Positions 49,983-62,528 are shown, counted from the first letter of the stretch. The stretch: DNA of 64,000 bases from Octopus bimaculoides (GCF_001194135.2 NC_068986.1:47903706-47967705); one strand, 5' to 3'. The notes: generated by a model not told the origin, from the letters alone. Made by a program: numbers and translations.

Positions 49983-50602
49983 TCCTCTATACAGGATCAT
50001 AAAAAACCCTTTTTTATATTTTTATTTTTATTCACACACACACACACACATATATATATTATATACACACACACACACACAGATACAAGTAGAATTATGT
50101 ATACAACACTATAGCTCAAATTTTGAATCATCATCATCATCATTTAATGTCTGTTTTCCATGCTGGCATGGGTTGGATGGTGGGAAATAGTTCCATTCCT
50201 AAACCCCCACAACCTTTATGCATTGTGGCTTCCAACAATATAAAAACAAAAGCAAAACAAGATATGCTTGTCTGTTGAGGTTCCATAATCCAATGGTTGA
50301 CTGCTGTTTCCACAAGAGAATTAGTTTTAAAATCAACTTTAAAAAAAAGGGTTTTTAAATATTTTATTGAAAATTCATAAATATTTTGAATTTTTAAGTA
50401 TAAAATAAAACTGCATATCAAAAGACTACAAACGTTTGCAAGGTTTGAAGGACAATTTAAAAGAGATAATCTTAGGTTAAATAATTAAGCTTTGGAACAA
50501 AAACAAAAACAAAACACGGTCTTGAAAATCAGACCAATACAAGTTCTTTATCATCTCTTAAATGGTTCCGAGCCAGCGTTTCCATTATAAAGATCATATT
50601 AC

Positions 50603-50700
50603 TTGCTTGAGGAGAAAAAGCAAGACTTTGTTCAAAAGATTTCTGGAAAAATGCTTCTATTGCTGGGTTTTTGTGTCCGTAAGTGCAAGCACAATGACTT
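50603..50700 (-). CDS. Candidate exon of unidentified minus-strand gene
   Basis: Acceptor ttttcatttccag, donor GTAATA. The phase 2-1 frame is open (SHCACTYGHKNPAIEAFFQKSFEQSLAFSPQA); the phase-0 frame gives KSLCLHLRTQKPSNRSIFPEIF*. Confidence 0.4.
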
Positions 50701-50778
50701 CTGGAAATGAAAATGTTAAATCAAATTTAAAGAGATTTCAGAAGGCAAAATTCTTACGAAACTACTTTAACACAGAAT

Positions 50779-51268
50779 TAATGTTTATCACCACTTAAAC
50801 ATGGCTGTTCTGTAGGAACCAACATTACTGCTATTTTTAACCCCAGGAGGACACTTCCTCCACTTGGTTATTTGATGCAATCTCACTCGATAAATACTGC
50901 AAACAAGAGAGTGGACACCTACAATCTTCTAGCCACAACATCAAACTATATAGTTTCAAGCTCTTTGTGGTCATCCTCAGTGGTGGATACTTGCCCACTA
51001 GAGACAGCAGTGGTTCACTCCAGAACTACTGCTATCTCGAGTGGGCAAGTATCCACCACTGAGGTTGACCACAAAAAAGGTCAAAACTGTAGAGTCTGGT
51101 GGTCCTGCCATTGCTGGAAGGTGGTAGGAGTTCACTCCCCTGCTTACAATATATATCAGACGCAGACTGCATCGAATTATCAGCTGGAGTAGGCGTCCTC
51201 CTGTGGCTAAAAATAGCAGTAATGTCGGTTCCTACAGAACAACCAAGTTTAAGTGGTGATAAACATTA
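50779..51268. mobile_element. Nested fold-back element (83-bp TIRs plus central 53-bp hairpin)
   Basis: Outer arms 50779-50861 and 51186-51268; inner stem 50964-51016 and 51023-51075 with a 6-nt loop. Confidence 0.9.
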
Positions 51269-51344
51269 CTTCTCAGTATAGTTACTGCTCACATCACATA
51301 TTGAAAATTTCAAACTAACTAATTTGTATGTTACTTTAACTCAC

Positions 51345-51370
51345 TTCCAGCAATATCACATCATCATACG
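51345..51370 (-). CDS. Candidate 26-nt micro-exon (xYDDVILLE)
   Basis: Acceptor ttaatttagttacag and consensus donor GTGAGT. Only the phase 1-0 frame is open. Confidence 0.4.
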
Positions 51371-51974
51371 CTGTAACTAAATTAATTTTGCAAGAACCAC
51401 ATGACAATAACTCACTGAACTACTTGGGCAACAGAACAAGTACTGCACTGAACCCTTACACAAAATGTGTTATTTAGTTTTCTATAGGTGCTGGTACGAC
51501 TATGTGGTTAAGAGGTTTGCTTCCCAACTATGAGATCTTGGGTTCAGTCCCACCGCATGGCACCTTTGGCAAGTGCATTTTGCTAAAGGTCCTGGGTGAC
51601 CAAAACCTTCTGGCTGAATACAGTAGACAGAAACTGAAAGAAACTCATTTTGTATGTATGTGTATACCCTTGGCTGGACATCACATGATGGTTGTAAACA
51701 AGTGAGGTTGTTCACTTTGCAACTATATTGTTTTGGATTCAGCCCCAGTGGGTGGCACCATGGACAAGTGACATCCATTATAGCCCTGGGCTGACCAATG
51801 TCTTGTGAGTGAATTTTGTAGACAGAAACTGTGCAGAAGCCCATCATGTGTGTGTGTGTGTTTGTGTGTGTGTGCAAATGTGTTTGTGTGTATGTTTGTG
51901 TATGTACCCCTGCCACTTGTATCTCTGTTGAAAGAGATATTGTTGTTAGTAAGAAAGAAGATAAAAATCTCTTT

Positions 51975-52740
51975 CTGTCAGGTAATTGGCCCTGCTCAAT
52001 ATGTAGGAAAGGAGTTGGAAGAAATTCCATTCGCTGCATCCAGTGTAAACTATGGACACAAAAGAGATACAGTGGTATCACAGGTAGATTAACAGATAAA
52101 GTAGTCTTTGTGTTTGGCAGATGTACATGAACAATAAGCAAAAGAGCACACAGGACTCAGATTCTCAGGAGGCTCTCTTGAGGTTGTAGATAGTTTCTGT
52201 TACCTAGGTGACCAAATTAGCAATGATGGAGGATGGTCTGAAAGTATTGTTTCTAGAATAATAATAGGGTGGAGGAAGTTCAGGGAGTTATAACCTCTGT
52301 TGACAACAAAAGGACTCTCTCTCAGAGTGAAAGGTAGACTATATGATGCGAACAACTATACCCCATGGTAGTGAGACATGGACTCTGAATGCAGAAGGCA
52401 TGTATAGACTGGAGAGAAATGAAGGTAGTATTCTCCCTTGGATGTGCAACATTAGTGCACATATACAACAAAGTGCAAAGGTATTGAGAGGGCATAAGAG
52501 GAATCAAATGTAGTATGCAAGAGAGAAGACTACATTGGTCTGACATGTGATGTGTATGAATGATGACAGCTGCATAAAGAAGTGCCAATCACTAAAATTG
52601 GATGGTACCCGCAGAAGAGGGAAACCCAGGAAGATGTGGGATGAAGTGGTGAGGACTGATCTTAGGATGTTGGACCTCATGGAAGAATTGACAATGGACT
52701 GAGATGTCTGGCAACATAAGGTCCTTGAGAAGACCCACCC
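51975..52740 (+). mobile_element. RTE/RTE-X-like LINE 3' fragment with Cys-rich insert
   Basis: WPCSICRKGVGRNSIRCIQCKLW; LEVVDSFCYLGD; GWRKFREL; LSLRVKGRLYD; HGSETW; RRGKPRKMWDEVV. Confidence 0.85.
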
Positions 52741-53659
52741 ACCTCAGTAAAACTGAGTTTTAGAAGCGTTGTGTCCCACCCACACTTAACAAAGAAACTT
52801 CTCACACACACTACCACAACAAACCAAACTACATCTCTGCATCTCTTCTCATCTTCACATTTCCACTTCATGCATTATGCTTACCTCCAACTCCTCAGCC
52901 CTGTCCTCTTGGCTCTGTCACACAGTATCATTGCTACCTGCTAGCCCCCAACCTATGTGTCCCACCCACATGTTCTGTCTCACTGTATCATTGCTATCAG
53001 CTAGCCCCCAGCCTATGTGTTATACCCATACGTAACACACAACTTTTCACACAAACCAATCTCTCTTCTCTTCTTCATATTTCCTCCTTCATACACTATG
53101 CTGACCTCTCACTCCCCAATCATGTCCTCACAGCCCTGTTTCTCTGTATCATTGCTATCTGGTAGCCCCCCACCACTCAATTATATACCAAGGTTTTTGT
53201 CACTCACTCTCCCCTCCACACTACCTAATCATGCTTCGTTCGCAATATCCTGCCACTTATATTCGAACCTCAAAGGTATGCTCTGGCACTTGCCACCATC
53301 TATATCTCTCTCTTCTTTTTTTCAACCATTCCATTTATATCCTGATCCCTGTCCCTTGTGAGTATGCCTGGCACTTTGTCACCATCTATATCTTGCTATC
53401 TCTCACTCTCTCTCCTTCTCTTCCCTCAAGTTGAGTAACCATGTATCTCCTTTGCGGCAGTACACCTGTTTCTGTCTTCATTCCTGATCTCTCTCTCTCT
53501 CTCTCTCTCTCTGCGGCCAGGTAACCTTGTACCACTTCTACAGCAAGACACCTGTTTCTGTCTCTCTGTCTCATATAACCCTTCACCATTTGACACAAGA
53601 TCACCTCTTCTAATTACCCCACCCCCACCCACTCAAAAGATAAAAAAAATTTTTTGTCT

Positions 53660-53945
53660 TGTAAGGTACTTGGTGACCCTGCCAGTGCAGGTGCCACTTA
53701 AAAAGCATCAAGTCCCCACTGTAAAGTGATTGGCATTTGGAAGGGCATCCAGCTGTAAAAAACCTTGCCAAAACTGACTGTGCCTGTGCTACGTAAAAAG
53801 CACAACGTCCACTCTGCTGAGTGGTTGGTGTTAGGAAGGGCACCCAGCTATAAAAATCCAGCCAAAACAGTCACAGAAGTCTGGTGCAGGTTTCTGCCCC
53901 GCCACCTCCTGTCAAACCATCCCAACATGGAAGGCAGATGTTAAA
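53660..53945 (+). mobile_element. Interspersed repeat family D ((GAT)n-tailed SINE-like or LINE 3' end)
   Basis: Related copies at about 54640-54800 (-), 58270-58420 (-) and 58000-58110. Shared gaagggcatccagctgtaaaaa motif. Confidence 0.65.
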
Positions 53946-54184
53946 CAATGATTGAACTACCATGATATGGATCTCAAGTTCACATCTGTAACAGGCGAGT
54001 TACTATGTCTGACAGGGCACTTTACTCTACATTTCTCAGTTCAACAAGCTGCATGGAATATCAGGTCTGCTGGGAATGTTGTTACTTATTTCAAATTGGT
54101 CTTTTATACCCAATATAGAACATTAATAAAACAGAGGATGCAGACTTTTAGTGCACAGTAGACTTACAATATATGAAAACTTAC

Positions 54185-54293
54185 CCTAATGTTATATCTG
54201 TTGCTGTAGAATATGATTCAAAAGTATTATGGATATCTAACAACATTTTTTCCAGTTCAGCATCAACCATTGGATGTTTCTGTCGTTCATAAC
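54185..54293 (-). CDS. Candidate exon (GYERQKHPMVDAELEKMLLDIHNTFESYSTATDITLG)
   Basis: Consensus donor G|GTAAGT at 54184. Open frame. The acceptor is weak and uncertain (an alternative lies near 54371). Confidence 0.4.
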
Positions 54294-55150
54294 CTTCAAT
54301 GAAGATACACACACAGAGATTACAGGTATAGTAATTAAATCTGCTACAGGGTAAGAAATGACTTCTAACAAAGAAACAAAGTCTCATAACAGGAATTTGG
54401 AAAGAAACAGCATAAGTATTACATGTTGATTTATAGAAAAGTCTTGCATATTTTTACTGTAATACTTACTGATTGTATTTGTAAAGTAGAAGTCAATCTC
54501 TTTCTTTATCTTGAAATCCAAATTTTTTTTAGATTGTCACTTAAACATTTACTTACACAGCCAACTACACCATTAATTATTTGTATAAATCTAAATTTAT
54601 AAACCAGGTAGAGAAACTGAAAGTTTAAAAGTAGTTCATCATCATCATCATCGTTTAACGTCCGCTTTCTATGCTAGCATGGGTTGGACGATTTGACTGA
54701 GGACTGGTGAACCAGATGGCTACACCAGACTCCAATCTGATTTGGCAGAGTTTCTACAGTTGGATGCCCTTCCTAACGCCAACCACTCAGAGAGTGTAGT
54801 TGTCCATAAATATTCTTTGCATTGATTTAGGGCAGTTGATCTCTATGAGTGTGCAATGATTATCCTTTTATGTCCCTATCAACTATATCTGGCCTGTTAT
54901 TTTTGCACTAAGCAGAAGTTTTGATAAGTATGTTCAAAAAATATTTCTAATGCATTCATAACAGAGGTATTGTCAATGTTTATTAGAGGAAATTTTTTAC
55001 ATATTGATGCTATTGTATACAGTTTTACAAATAACATCATACCACAATGGAAAGTAATACATTGTTGACGTTTTTGAAAAGCTGCAGAGCACCTGTAATA
55101 TTGTCTACAAAAATGTGACATAATAAGCCTTTCCAGTTGCATTCCATTAG

Positions 55151-55209
55151 TTAATAATGTAATTGTTGCTGTCTTTTCTTCAATAAGTATTTTGTAACTA
55201 TCTCCAGCT
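55151..55209 (-). CDS. Candidate terminal exon (ELEIVTKYLLKKRQQQLHY*)
   Basis: Acceptor tttttgctatcaaag. Phase 1 matches the 56985 exon. AATAAA on the minus strand at 54979-54984. A different, longer frame is also open here. Confidence 0.35.
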
Positions 55210-55314
55210 CTTTGATAGCAAAAACACAATGTAATGGTCTTGAGTCCAAGAAAGGTTAACAGTATTTTCACCCTCAAGTTTATGAAAAACCTACCCATTT
55301 ATGACATTTTGCGG

Positions 55315-56675
55315 TGCAGGTTTGGCTGTGTAGTATGAAGTTTGCTCCACAACCACATGGTTTCAGATTCAGTTCCATGGTGTGGTAGCTTGGGCAAGGG
55401 TCTTCTACTATAGCCTCAGGCCGACCAAAGCCTTGTAAGTGGATTTAGTAGACAGAAAGAAGCCTATCATAAATATGGCACAGGTATGGCTGTGTGGCAA
55501 GTAACTTGCCACATGGTTCTGAGTTCAGTCCCACTGTGTGGCATCTTAGGTTAGTGTCTTCTATGATAGCCTCAGGCCAACCAAAGCCTTGTGAGTGGAT
55601 CTGGTAGATGGAAACTGAAAGAAGCCTCTTGTAGAGATGTGCGTGTGTGTGTATATGTTTGTCGCCCCACCATCGCTTGACAACTAATGTTGGTATGTTT
55701 ATGTCCCTGTAACTTAGCAGTTCGACAAAAGCAACCAATAGGATAAGTACTAGGCTTACAAAGAATAAGTCCTGGGGTCGACTTGCTTGACTAAAGGCAA
55801 TGCTCCAGCATGGCTGCAGTCAAATGACTGAAACAAGTAAAAGAATATATATATATATATGTCTCTCTTGTGTGTTTGCCCCCAACCATCACTTGACAAC
55901 CAGTGTTGGTACGTTTACTTCCTTGCAGCTTGGCAGCCCTGTTTCAGTCATTAGACTGCGGCTATGCTGGAGCACCTCCTTGAAGAATTTTAGTTGAACA
56001 AATCAGCCCAGTACATATTTTTGTTTCTTAAGCCTGGTGTTTATTCTATCAGTCTCTATCACCGAACTGCTAAGTTACAGGGACGTAAACACACCAATAC
56101 GGGTTGTCAAGCAGTGGTAGGGGACAGACAGACAAAAGCACACACATATCTCTACAAGAGGCTTCTTTCAGTTTCCATCAACCAAATCTACTTACAAAAC
56201 TTTGGTCGGCTTGAGGCTATAGTAGAAGACACTTCTCCAAGGTTCCACACAGTGGGACTGAACCCCAAACCATGCAGTTGGGAAGCAGACTTCTTACTAC
56301 ATAGCTACAACTGCACCTTAAAGACTTTTTTTTTCCAATAGTTGCATGAATATTTCTCATCATCATCAACAATATCATCATCATCAGAATCAGTTTGATG
56401 TAATTGTCCTCAAGCTGTCATTAGCTGGATATATCTTCACAACATGTGCTATGACACTCTTTTACTCTTTTACTTGTTTTCAGTCTTTTGACTGTGGCCA
56501 TGCTGGAGCACCACCTTTAGTCGAGCAAATCGATCACAGGACTTATTCTTTTGAAGCCTAGTACTTATTCTATCAGTCTCTTTTGCCAAACCGCTAAGTT
56601 ACGGGGATGTAAACACACCAGCATCGGTTGACAAGCAATGTTGGGGGGACAAACAACACAGACACACAAACACAT

Positions 56676-56723
<48 letters not shown>

Positions 56724-56885
56724 GACGGGTTTCTTTCAGTTTCCGTCTACCAAATCCACTCGCAAGGTTTTGGTCGGCCCAAGGCTATAGTAGAAGACAC
56801 TTGTCCAGAGTGCCATGCAGTGGGAATGAACCCGGAACCATGTGGTTGGTAAGCAAGCTACTTACCACACAGCCACTCCTGCACC
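55315..56885. mobile_element. Cluster of SINE family A copies in both orientations
   Basis: Plus: about 55315-55475 and 55481-55843. Minus: about 55942-56310 and 56457-56885. Confidence 0.85.
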
Positions 56886-56984
56886 TATATAACACTTCAA
56901 TAACACTTCAAGGTAATTAATAACAAATGTACCAGTATGAATACAATCTACAATTAAAATTCAGCTGATAAACAAAAGTTTTAC

Positions 56985-57042
56985 CTGTAAGCTGTTGCTG
57001 GACATTATCGAGGACAATGCTGTTCATAACTTGTTTTCGGAG
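56985..57042 (-). CDS. Candidate 58-nt exon (LRKQVMNSIVLDNVQQQLT)
   Basis: Acceptor ctctttaatttccatag, donor CAG|GTAAAA. A single open frame, phase 0-1. Confidence 0.55.
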
Positions 57043-57232
57043 CTATGGAAATTAAAGAGCATCGGTGGCATATTATAACATAGAACAGTAATATTTAATG
57101 GTGGTGCATTATAATATAGTTTAGTATAGTATGGATGTGGAGGCACATGGCTTAGTGATTGCGGTGTTGCACTCATGATCATAAGATTGTGGTTTCAGTT
57201 CCTGGATGGGGGCAATATATTATATTCTAGAG

Positions 57233-57506
57233 AAGAGGTTCTCAGACTTCTCAGACTGCCACCCGCTTGGCACCCAGGTCACATTCCTAGCAACCTTCCC
57301 ACCACAAATATAGACCACTTTCTGCAGCAAATTCAACACAACTGTATTTCACAAATAAAACTTAAACCTAATTAACATATTAATAGTTTTATTTACATCT
57401 ATCATCCCATTTTGGCCACCCTGTTATCATCCCACTTTTCTTCAATACCCACTGGATAATTTCACTGCTCCCAGTGGGGTAATACGGTCCACTTTGGGAA
57501 CGACTG
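57233..57506. mobile_element. hAT (Charlie-like) MITE inserted into a SINE, 8-bp TSD
   Basis: TSD ttctagag at 57225-57232 and 57507-57514; termini aagaggttctcaga and tttgggaacgactg. Confidence 0.8.
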
Positions 57507-57604
57507 TTCTAGAGCAAAACACTTCATTTCCCATTACTCCAGTTCACTCAGCTAGCAAAAATGAGTAACCCTGCGACTGACCGGTGTCCCATCCAGTGGG
57601 GAAA

Positions 57605-57830
57605 AATATGTGGTGGCATCAAGAAGTTCCTGAACTAGTTATTTTTAATAAAAGAATAACTTATTTACCCAAGTTTTAACATCATTTCCTTCAAAATAGT
57701 CATCCTGCGCAGTAATACACCCGTCCCAGTGTTCCTGCCATTTCTGGAATCTGGCCTGGTAGTCATTTTCCATAAGGAAATTGAGGATCTTCTGTGATTC
57801 ACTCTTGATCTCGACAATGGTGGGTGAGTG
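57605..57830 (-). mobile_element. Mariner 3' end remnant
   Basis: DYQARFQKWQEHWDGCITAQDDYFEG followed by a TIR-like end (tagttcaggaacttcttgatgccacc). Confidence 0.75.
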
Positions 57831-58767
57831 AGTGAGTGAGTGAATGAGTGAATGAGGGGGTGAGTGAGGGAGCAAGCAAACTTGCGTTTGTGTGTTGTCT
57901 TAACATTCTATAATAATTGTAAATGAATATCACTATCATACAGCTGGGGGTTGTCCAATTCTTATCTTCCAATAATTTCCTTGCTTAGAAACATATATAT
58001 CGGTGGGCAATAGGCAGGGAATGGCATCAGGCCATAGAAAATTTGCCTCAATGAATTCCATCTGATCTATGCAAGTATGAAAAAGCAGGCATTAAAATAA
58101 TGATGAAGATATTGTGGCATTTTGAATTTAAATTTCAGTGGGATCTACTCAGCTTTCCTTGATCAACACAAAGTACCAGCTAAATACTGGATCAATCTTC
58201 TCTCTCTCTCTTTCTCTCTCTCTTCCCATGTTCCCTGGCTTCTTGGAACAATTTTTACAGTGAACTACAGAGCTGTGTTGAGCTTCAATGTTAAATTTAG
58301 TATAGTTTTTACAGCTGAATTCCTTTCTTAATAGCAACCGTTTTACAGTGTGTACTGGGTGTTGTTTTAATGCCACTATCACTAGTAAGGTCACCAAGTT
58401 CTTTGCAAAGTAGAAGAACCTGAAAAAGCCCAATCTTCCACTCAACTGAGTGAGGTTGGTATTTGAGAGGGGAAGGCAGATTTATGCTACCTTGTAAGAG
58501 GCTGAAGTATAATAAAGGGACAAGCCCAGATGTCCTACTACAGAAGAGATGTATAGCTACCCTGCACTATATGCAAATAGCTGGAAGGAAGATAATGATG
58601 GGAGTAGTAAGAATGCCAGAGTAAACTCTCGAGGTAAAAGAAGGTGAACATAGGACAGCACATCCCCAAAAAGACAGGATGATCAAGGTTTAAATGTTTT
58701 TGATCATAGATCAAATGATAACATGTCAGGTAGTATCAGAGAATATATTATATACTATAATAGTGAA

Positions 58768-59130
58768 ATGGCAGGCTGGCAGAATCATTAGCATGCCGGG
58801 CAAAATGCTTAGTAGCATTTCATCCATCTTTACATTCTGGGTTCAAATTCTGCTGAGGTCAACCCAGTTGAGCACAAGAGTTGATGCAATTAACTTATTC
58901 TCTACCCCGAAATTACTGGCCTTGTGCCAAAATTTGAAACCAATATTATAATTCCTACGTAATGCAGCAAGTTGGCAGAATCATTAGCATGCCGATCAAA
59001 ATGCTTAGTGGGCATTTCATCCATCTTTACGTTCTGAGTTCAAATTCTGCTGAAGTCAACTTTGCCTTTCATCTTTTTAGGGTCGATAAAATAAGTACCA
59101 GTTGAACACCAAAATTTGAAACCAAAAGTT
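58768..59130 (+). mobile_element. Two tandem SINE family B copies
   Basis: Family B head and core twice. Confidence 0.8.
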
Positions 59131-61108
59131 GAAATCAATATTGAAATATTATTATTTTCCCTAGGTTTTGATAAGAAACATTTAACCTACATTTTTGCTT
59201 TTATCTAACCTGACATAACTGTCAACAAATGATTAGCTCTATTGACTTAGTCAATAGATTGTGTTCATTCTTCTCCTAAATGCTTTAGTAAATGAAAGAG
59301 TGCATATACTTAAATGAAATCATCATCATCATCATCATCAAACACCAGCCTTCTATGCTGGCATGGAGTGAAACAGTGTCTGTATTAAGTAAAATAATAA
59401 TATATACATGGCCATATGGTTAGGAGGGTCACTTTGCAACCATACTTTCTCAGGTTCTGTCCCATAGTGTAGCACCTTGAGAAAGAATATTCTTCTATAG
59501 GGTCAGGCTGATTAATGTTAGTAGAATTAGTAAATAGAAACAGTATGGAAGACTACCATATAGATACAGATACATAGCTAGATTGATGGATACATAAGTG
59601 TAGATAACTAAACTGGCACTCTGTCAATTACAATGATGAGCGATCAACAGAACAGCCTGCTCATGAAATTAATGTGCAAGTGGCTGAGGCCCTCCACAGA
59701 TATATGTACCCTTAACGCAGTTATCAGAGAAATTCAGAGTGATACAGAATGTGACAAGGCTGGTTCCTTCAATTACAGGTACAACCCATTTTTGCCAGCA
59801 GAGTGGACTGGATCAACATGAAATAAAATGTCTTGTTCAAGGACATAATTGTCAAGTGAAATGTTTTACCAATCAGCGGTGCCTTCATCCATATGTTAAC
59901 CCTTTAGCATTCAGATTATTCTGTAATATGTAATGCTTATTTATTCCCGTTGCTTTCAATTAATCATGCATTATCTTATATCTTCAAGATTTTGATGATG
60001 TGATTGTTTATTTTTAGAATGACATAATAGGGTAGGTCTGATAGGCCAGATCTAGCCAGTTTTAAGATAAAACAGATAGAATATTTGGCCTGATATGGCT
60101 GGTCTAAATGTTAATGGGTTAAGCCTTATAAAAACTGTAACAATAGAATGATAGCAACAATGTTTTACTATAACCAGCTAAATAACTCCTCCTGCTCCTC
60201 GTATGCCTTCAATGACAATGATGACTACATCAACATTTTATAACTATCTTCCCATTCTGGTACAAGATGGATGGGTTTTCAGAGGCAATGTTTTATAGCT
60301 GGATTCCCTTCTTGTTGCCAAATCTTCTGACTTTTACAACACAAAAGGAAACACTGTACCTATTCTAAATCCAAAATACACAGAGAAATATCTAAATAGT
60401 TTAATGCTTAGAGATAAAATATTGCCATGATTCCTTTTCAGAGGAATCCCTTCAGAACATAAATAGCATAAAGTACACAATTCAATCATATATTCTTCAC
60501 ATAACCTCACAGAAAATTATGCTGTCCCTAGAAAGGAACAATGGCAGTTGAACAGCAGAAATAGTAGAGCACTAGACTTTATATATATAGGGACGTATAT
60601 ATACATTTTCAACACAGATAGTGGGGCTATGAAAGGGGTCTCAGGGAGTAGTGTCCCTGCCTTCCTGAGCTAGTTTTTCACCACATTTCTTAAAAATCAT
60701 GGTAGAGGCCTTGGTCTTGGAACCACTAGAAACTGAGGTTGGGGGTAAGCAAGAGAAGGCTCCCCGTATAAAATCCAACTCCAAAAATGCTTCATGATAG
60801 AAGGGAGAATGGGCACCAGCCAGCCCAAAGGTTGGGGTGGGCTGCACCTGCCTGCCTCAGTTGCTATGGCATTGAGGTAGATCTGGCTACGCCCATTAAC
60901 GGGAACAAAACCTGGATTTAAAACACTAGATGATGATGAACACAGTATATTACAAATTCTAAACTATTGAGGACCATCTTTAACTTCCATCATTCTGTAA
61001 TAAATAGATTAAGTAACAGGTATGTCCTAGGGTCAACTGAATTAACTCTAGTTTGTGGCTTAGCGACATTTTAGAAAATTTATCTTAATTTCTTTTTGTT
61101 TAACCCTT

Positions 61109-61400
61109 TAATGAAGGTGCATGGCTTAGTGGTTAGAGTGTCAAGCTTACGGTCATGAGCTTGTGAGTTCAATTCCCAGACTGAGCTGTACATAATGTTC
61201 TTGAGCAAGATACTTTATTTCACGTTGCTCCAGTTGACTCAGCTGTAGAAATGAGTTGCGACGTCACAAGTGCCAAGCTGTATCAGCCTTTGCCTTTCCC
61301 TTGGATAACATGGGTGGTGTGTAGAGAGGAGGCTGGTATGCACGGGCGACTGCTGGTCTTCCATAAACAACCTTGCCTAAGAGGGAAACTTTCTGAGTGC
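61109..61400 (+). mobile_element. tRNA-headed SINE (family E)
   Basis: ggcttagtggttagag...gagttcaattccc head and ttcttgagcaagatacttt...gctccagttgactcagctg body. A related copy at about 57138-57600 is interrupted by the hAT MITE. Confidence 0.7.
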
Positions 61401-62261
61401 AATCCTATGGTCATAATGTCATTCTAAGAATAAACAGTCACCACATCAAAATCTCAAAGCTAAAAGGTAATGCACGCTTAATTCAAAACTGTGAATGAGA
61501 AAGCGTTACATTTAATAGAGTAATATGAATGCTAAAAGGTTAATCCTTCAGCATTCTGGTAAAAGGGTAAAGTCCATCTTCGGTCATGAATGACCATGGG
61601 ATTATACCTAGAAAGTTCCCCTCTGAGACACAAGTCCAGGCAAAGTTGTTTATGGAAGATCAGCAGTCACTCATGCACACCAGCCTCTCCCCTGTATGCC
61701 ATCAATTTTATTCAAAGGAAAGGCAAATACTGATACAGCTTGGCACCAGTGACGTAGCAACTCCTTCCTACAGCTGAGTGAACTGGAGCAATGTGAAATA
61801 AAGTGTCTTGCTCAAGGACACAACACACAGCCCAGTCCAGGAATCAAACTCACTACCTAATGATTGTGAGCCCGACGTTCTAACCACCGAGCCGTGCATC
61901 TTCATAAGCATTCAGATAACTTAGTCAAATATGTTTATTTATTCACTTTCTTTTAAATCGATTCTGCACTATCTTGTTGCTCTGAGATTTTGATGATGCA
62001 ATTGTTTACTTTTAGAATGACATTGTAGGGTGAGTGTGATAGGCTGGATCTGGCTGGTTTCAACACAAACAGTAAGAACATTTGGACATGATGTGTTCGG
62101 TTTGAATTAGGTGCAGGTGTAAGTGTGTGGTAAGAAGCTTGCTTCCTAACCACATGGTTTATACAGTTATCTACTGCAAGTAACAATAACACTGAATAAA
62201 TAATGGAACTTTTATTAGCTTGTGAAAATATATAATAATAGAAAAAAGGTTTAGTGCTTAC

Positions 62262-62339
62262 AGATTCTGCTTTAGGATGTTGATCCATTTTCTTAAAATG
62301 GTAATCCAAGTTTCCAAGCTTTGGAAGGATAATCTTCCA
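62262..62339 (-). CDS. Candidate 78-nt exon (WKIILPKLGNLDYHFKKMDQHPKAES)
   Basis: Strong acceptor ttttttttgttttatttcag, donor GTAAGC. The phase 0-0 frame joins directly to the 57042 exon; a second frame is also open. Confidence 0.6.
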
Positions 62340-62528
62340 CTGAAATAAAACAAAAAAAAAAGATATGATAATTGTTTTTTGCACTGGAACAAAGTTTGAA
62401 ATTTAGGGTAGGTGGTTAATCGATAGTTTGACTATTTAACTGGTACTTTATTTTATTTAGTCAACTAAGAGGAAAGGCTAAGTCAACTACAGCAAAATTT
62501 GAACTCAGAATGTAAAGAATTGTAACAA

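Noticed and set aside
50593-50678. Plus-strand exon ending at a GTAAGT donor (SYYLLEEKKQDFVQK...)
   Set aside because: The acceptor is weak, no partner exons were found on plus, and it overlaps the better-supported minus-strand candidate.
54897-55298. 133-aa minus ORF as a stand-alone gene
   Set aside because: No recognisable domain. Its frame is phase-incompatible with the upstream candidate exon, and the start lies in intron-like T-rich sequence. Kept only as an alternative frame.
57138-57600. hAT MITE nested in a SINE as a novel system
   Set aside because: An ordinary nested insertion with the canonical Charlie-type 8-bp TCTAGA-centred TSD. Listed as a feature only.
58270-58420. Minus-strand exon after the acceptor-like ctttttcag
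   Set aside because: The sequence is a diverged copy of repeat family D (compare 53660-53760).
60506-60527. 22-nt minus-strand micro-exon (DSIIFCE)
   Set aside because: The acceptor is good, but it needs the weak donor GTTATG and the alternative frame of the 62.3-kb exon. The better donor (GTGAG) gives a stop downstream, and direct 62262-to-57042 splicing is simpler.
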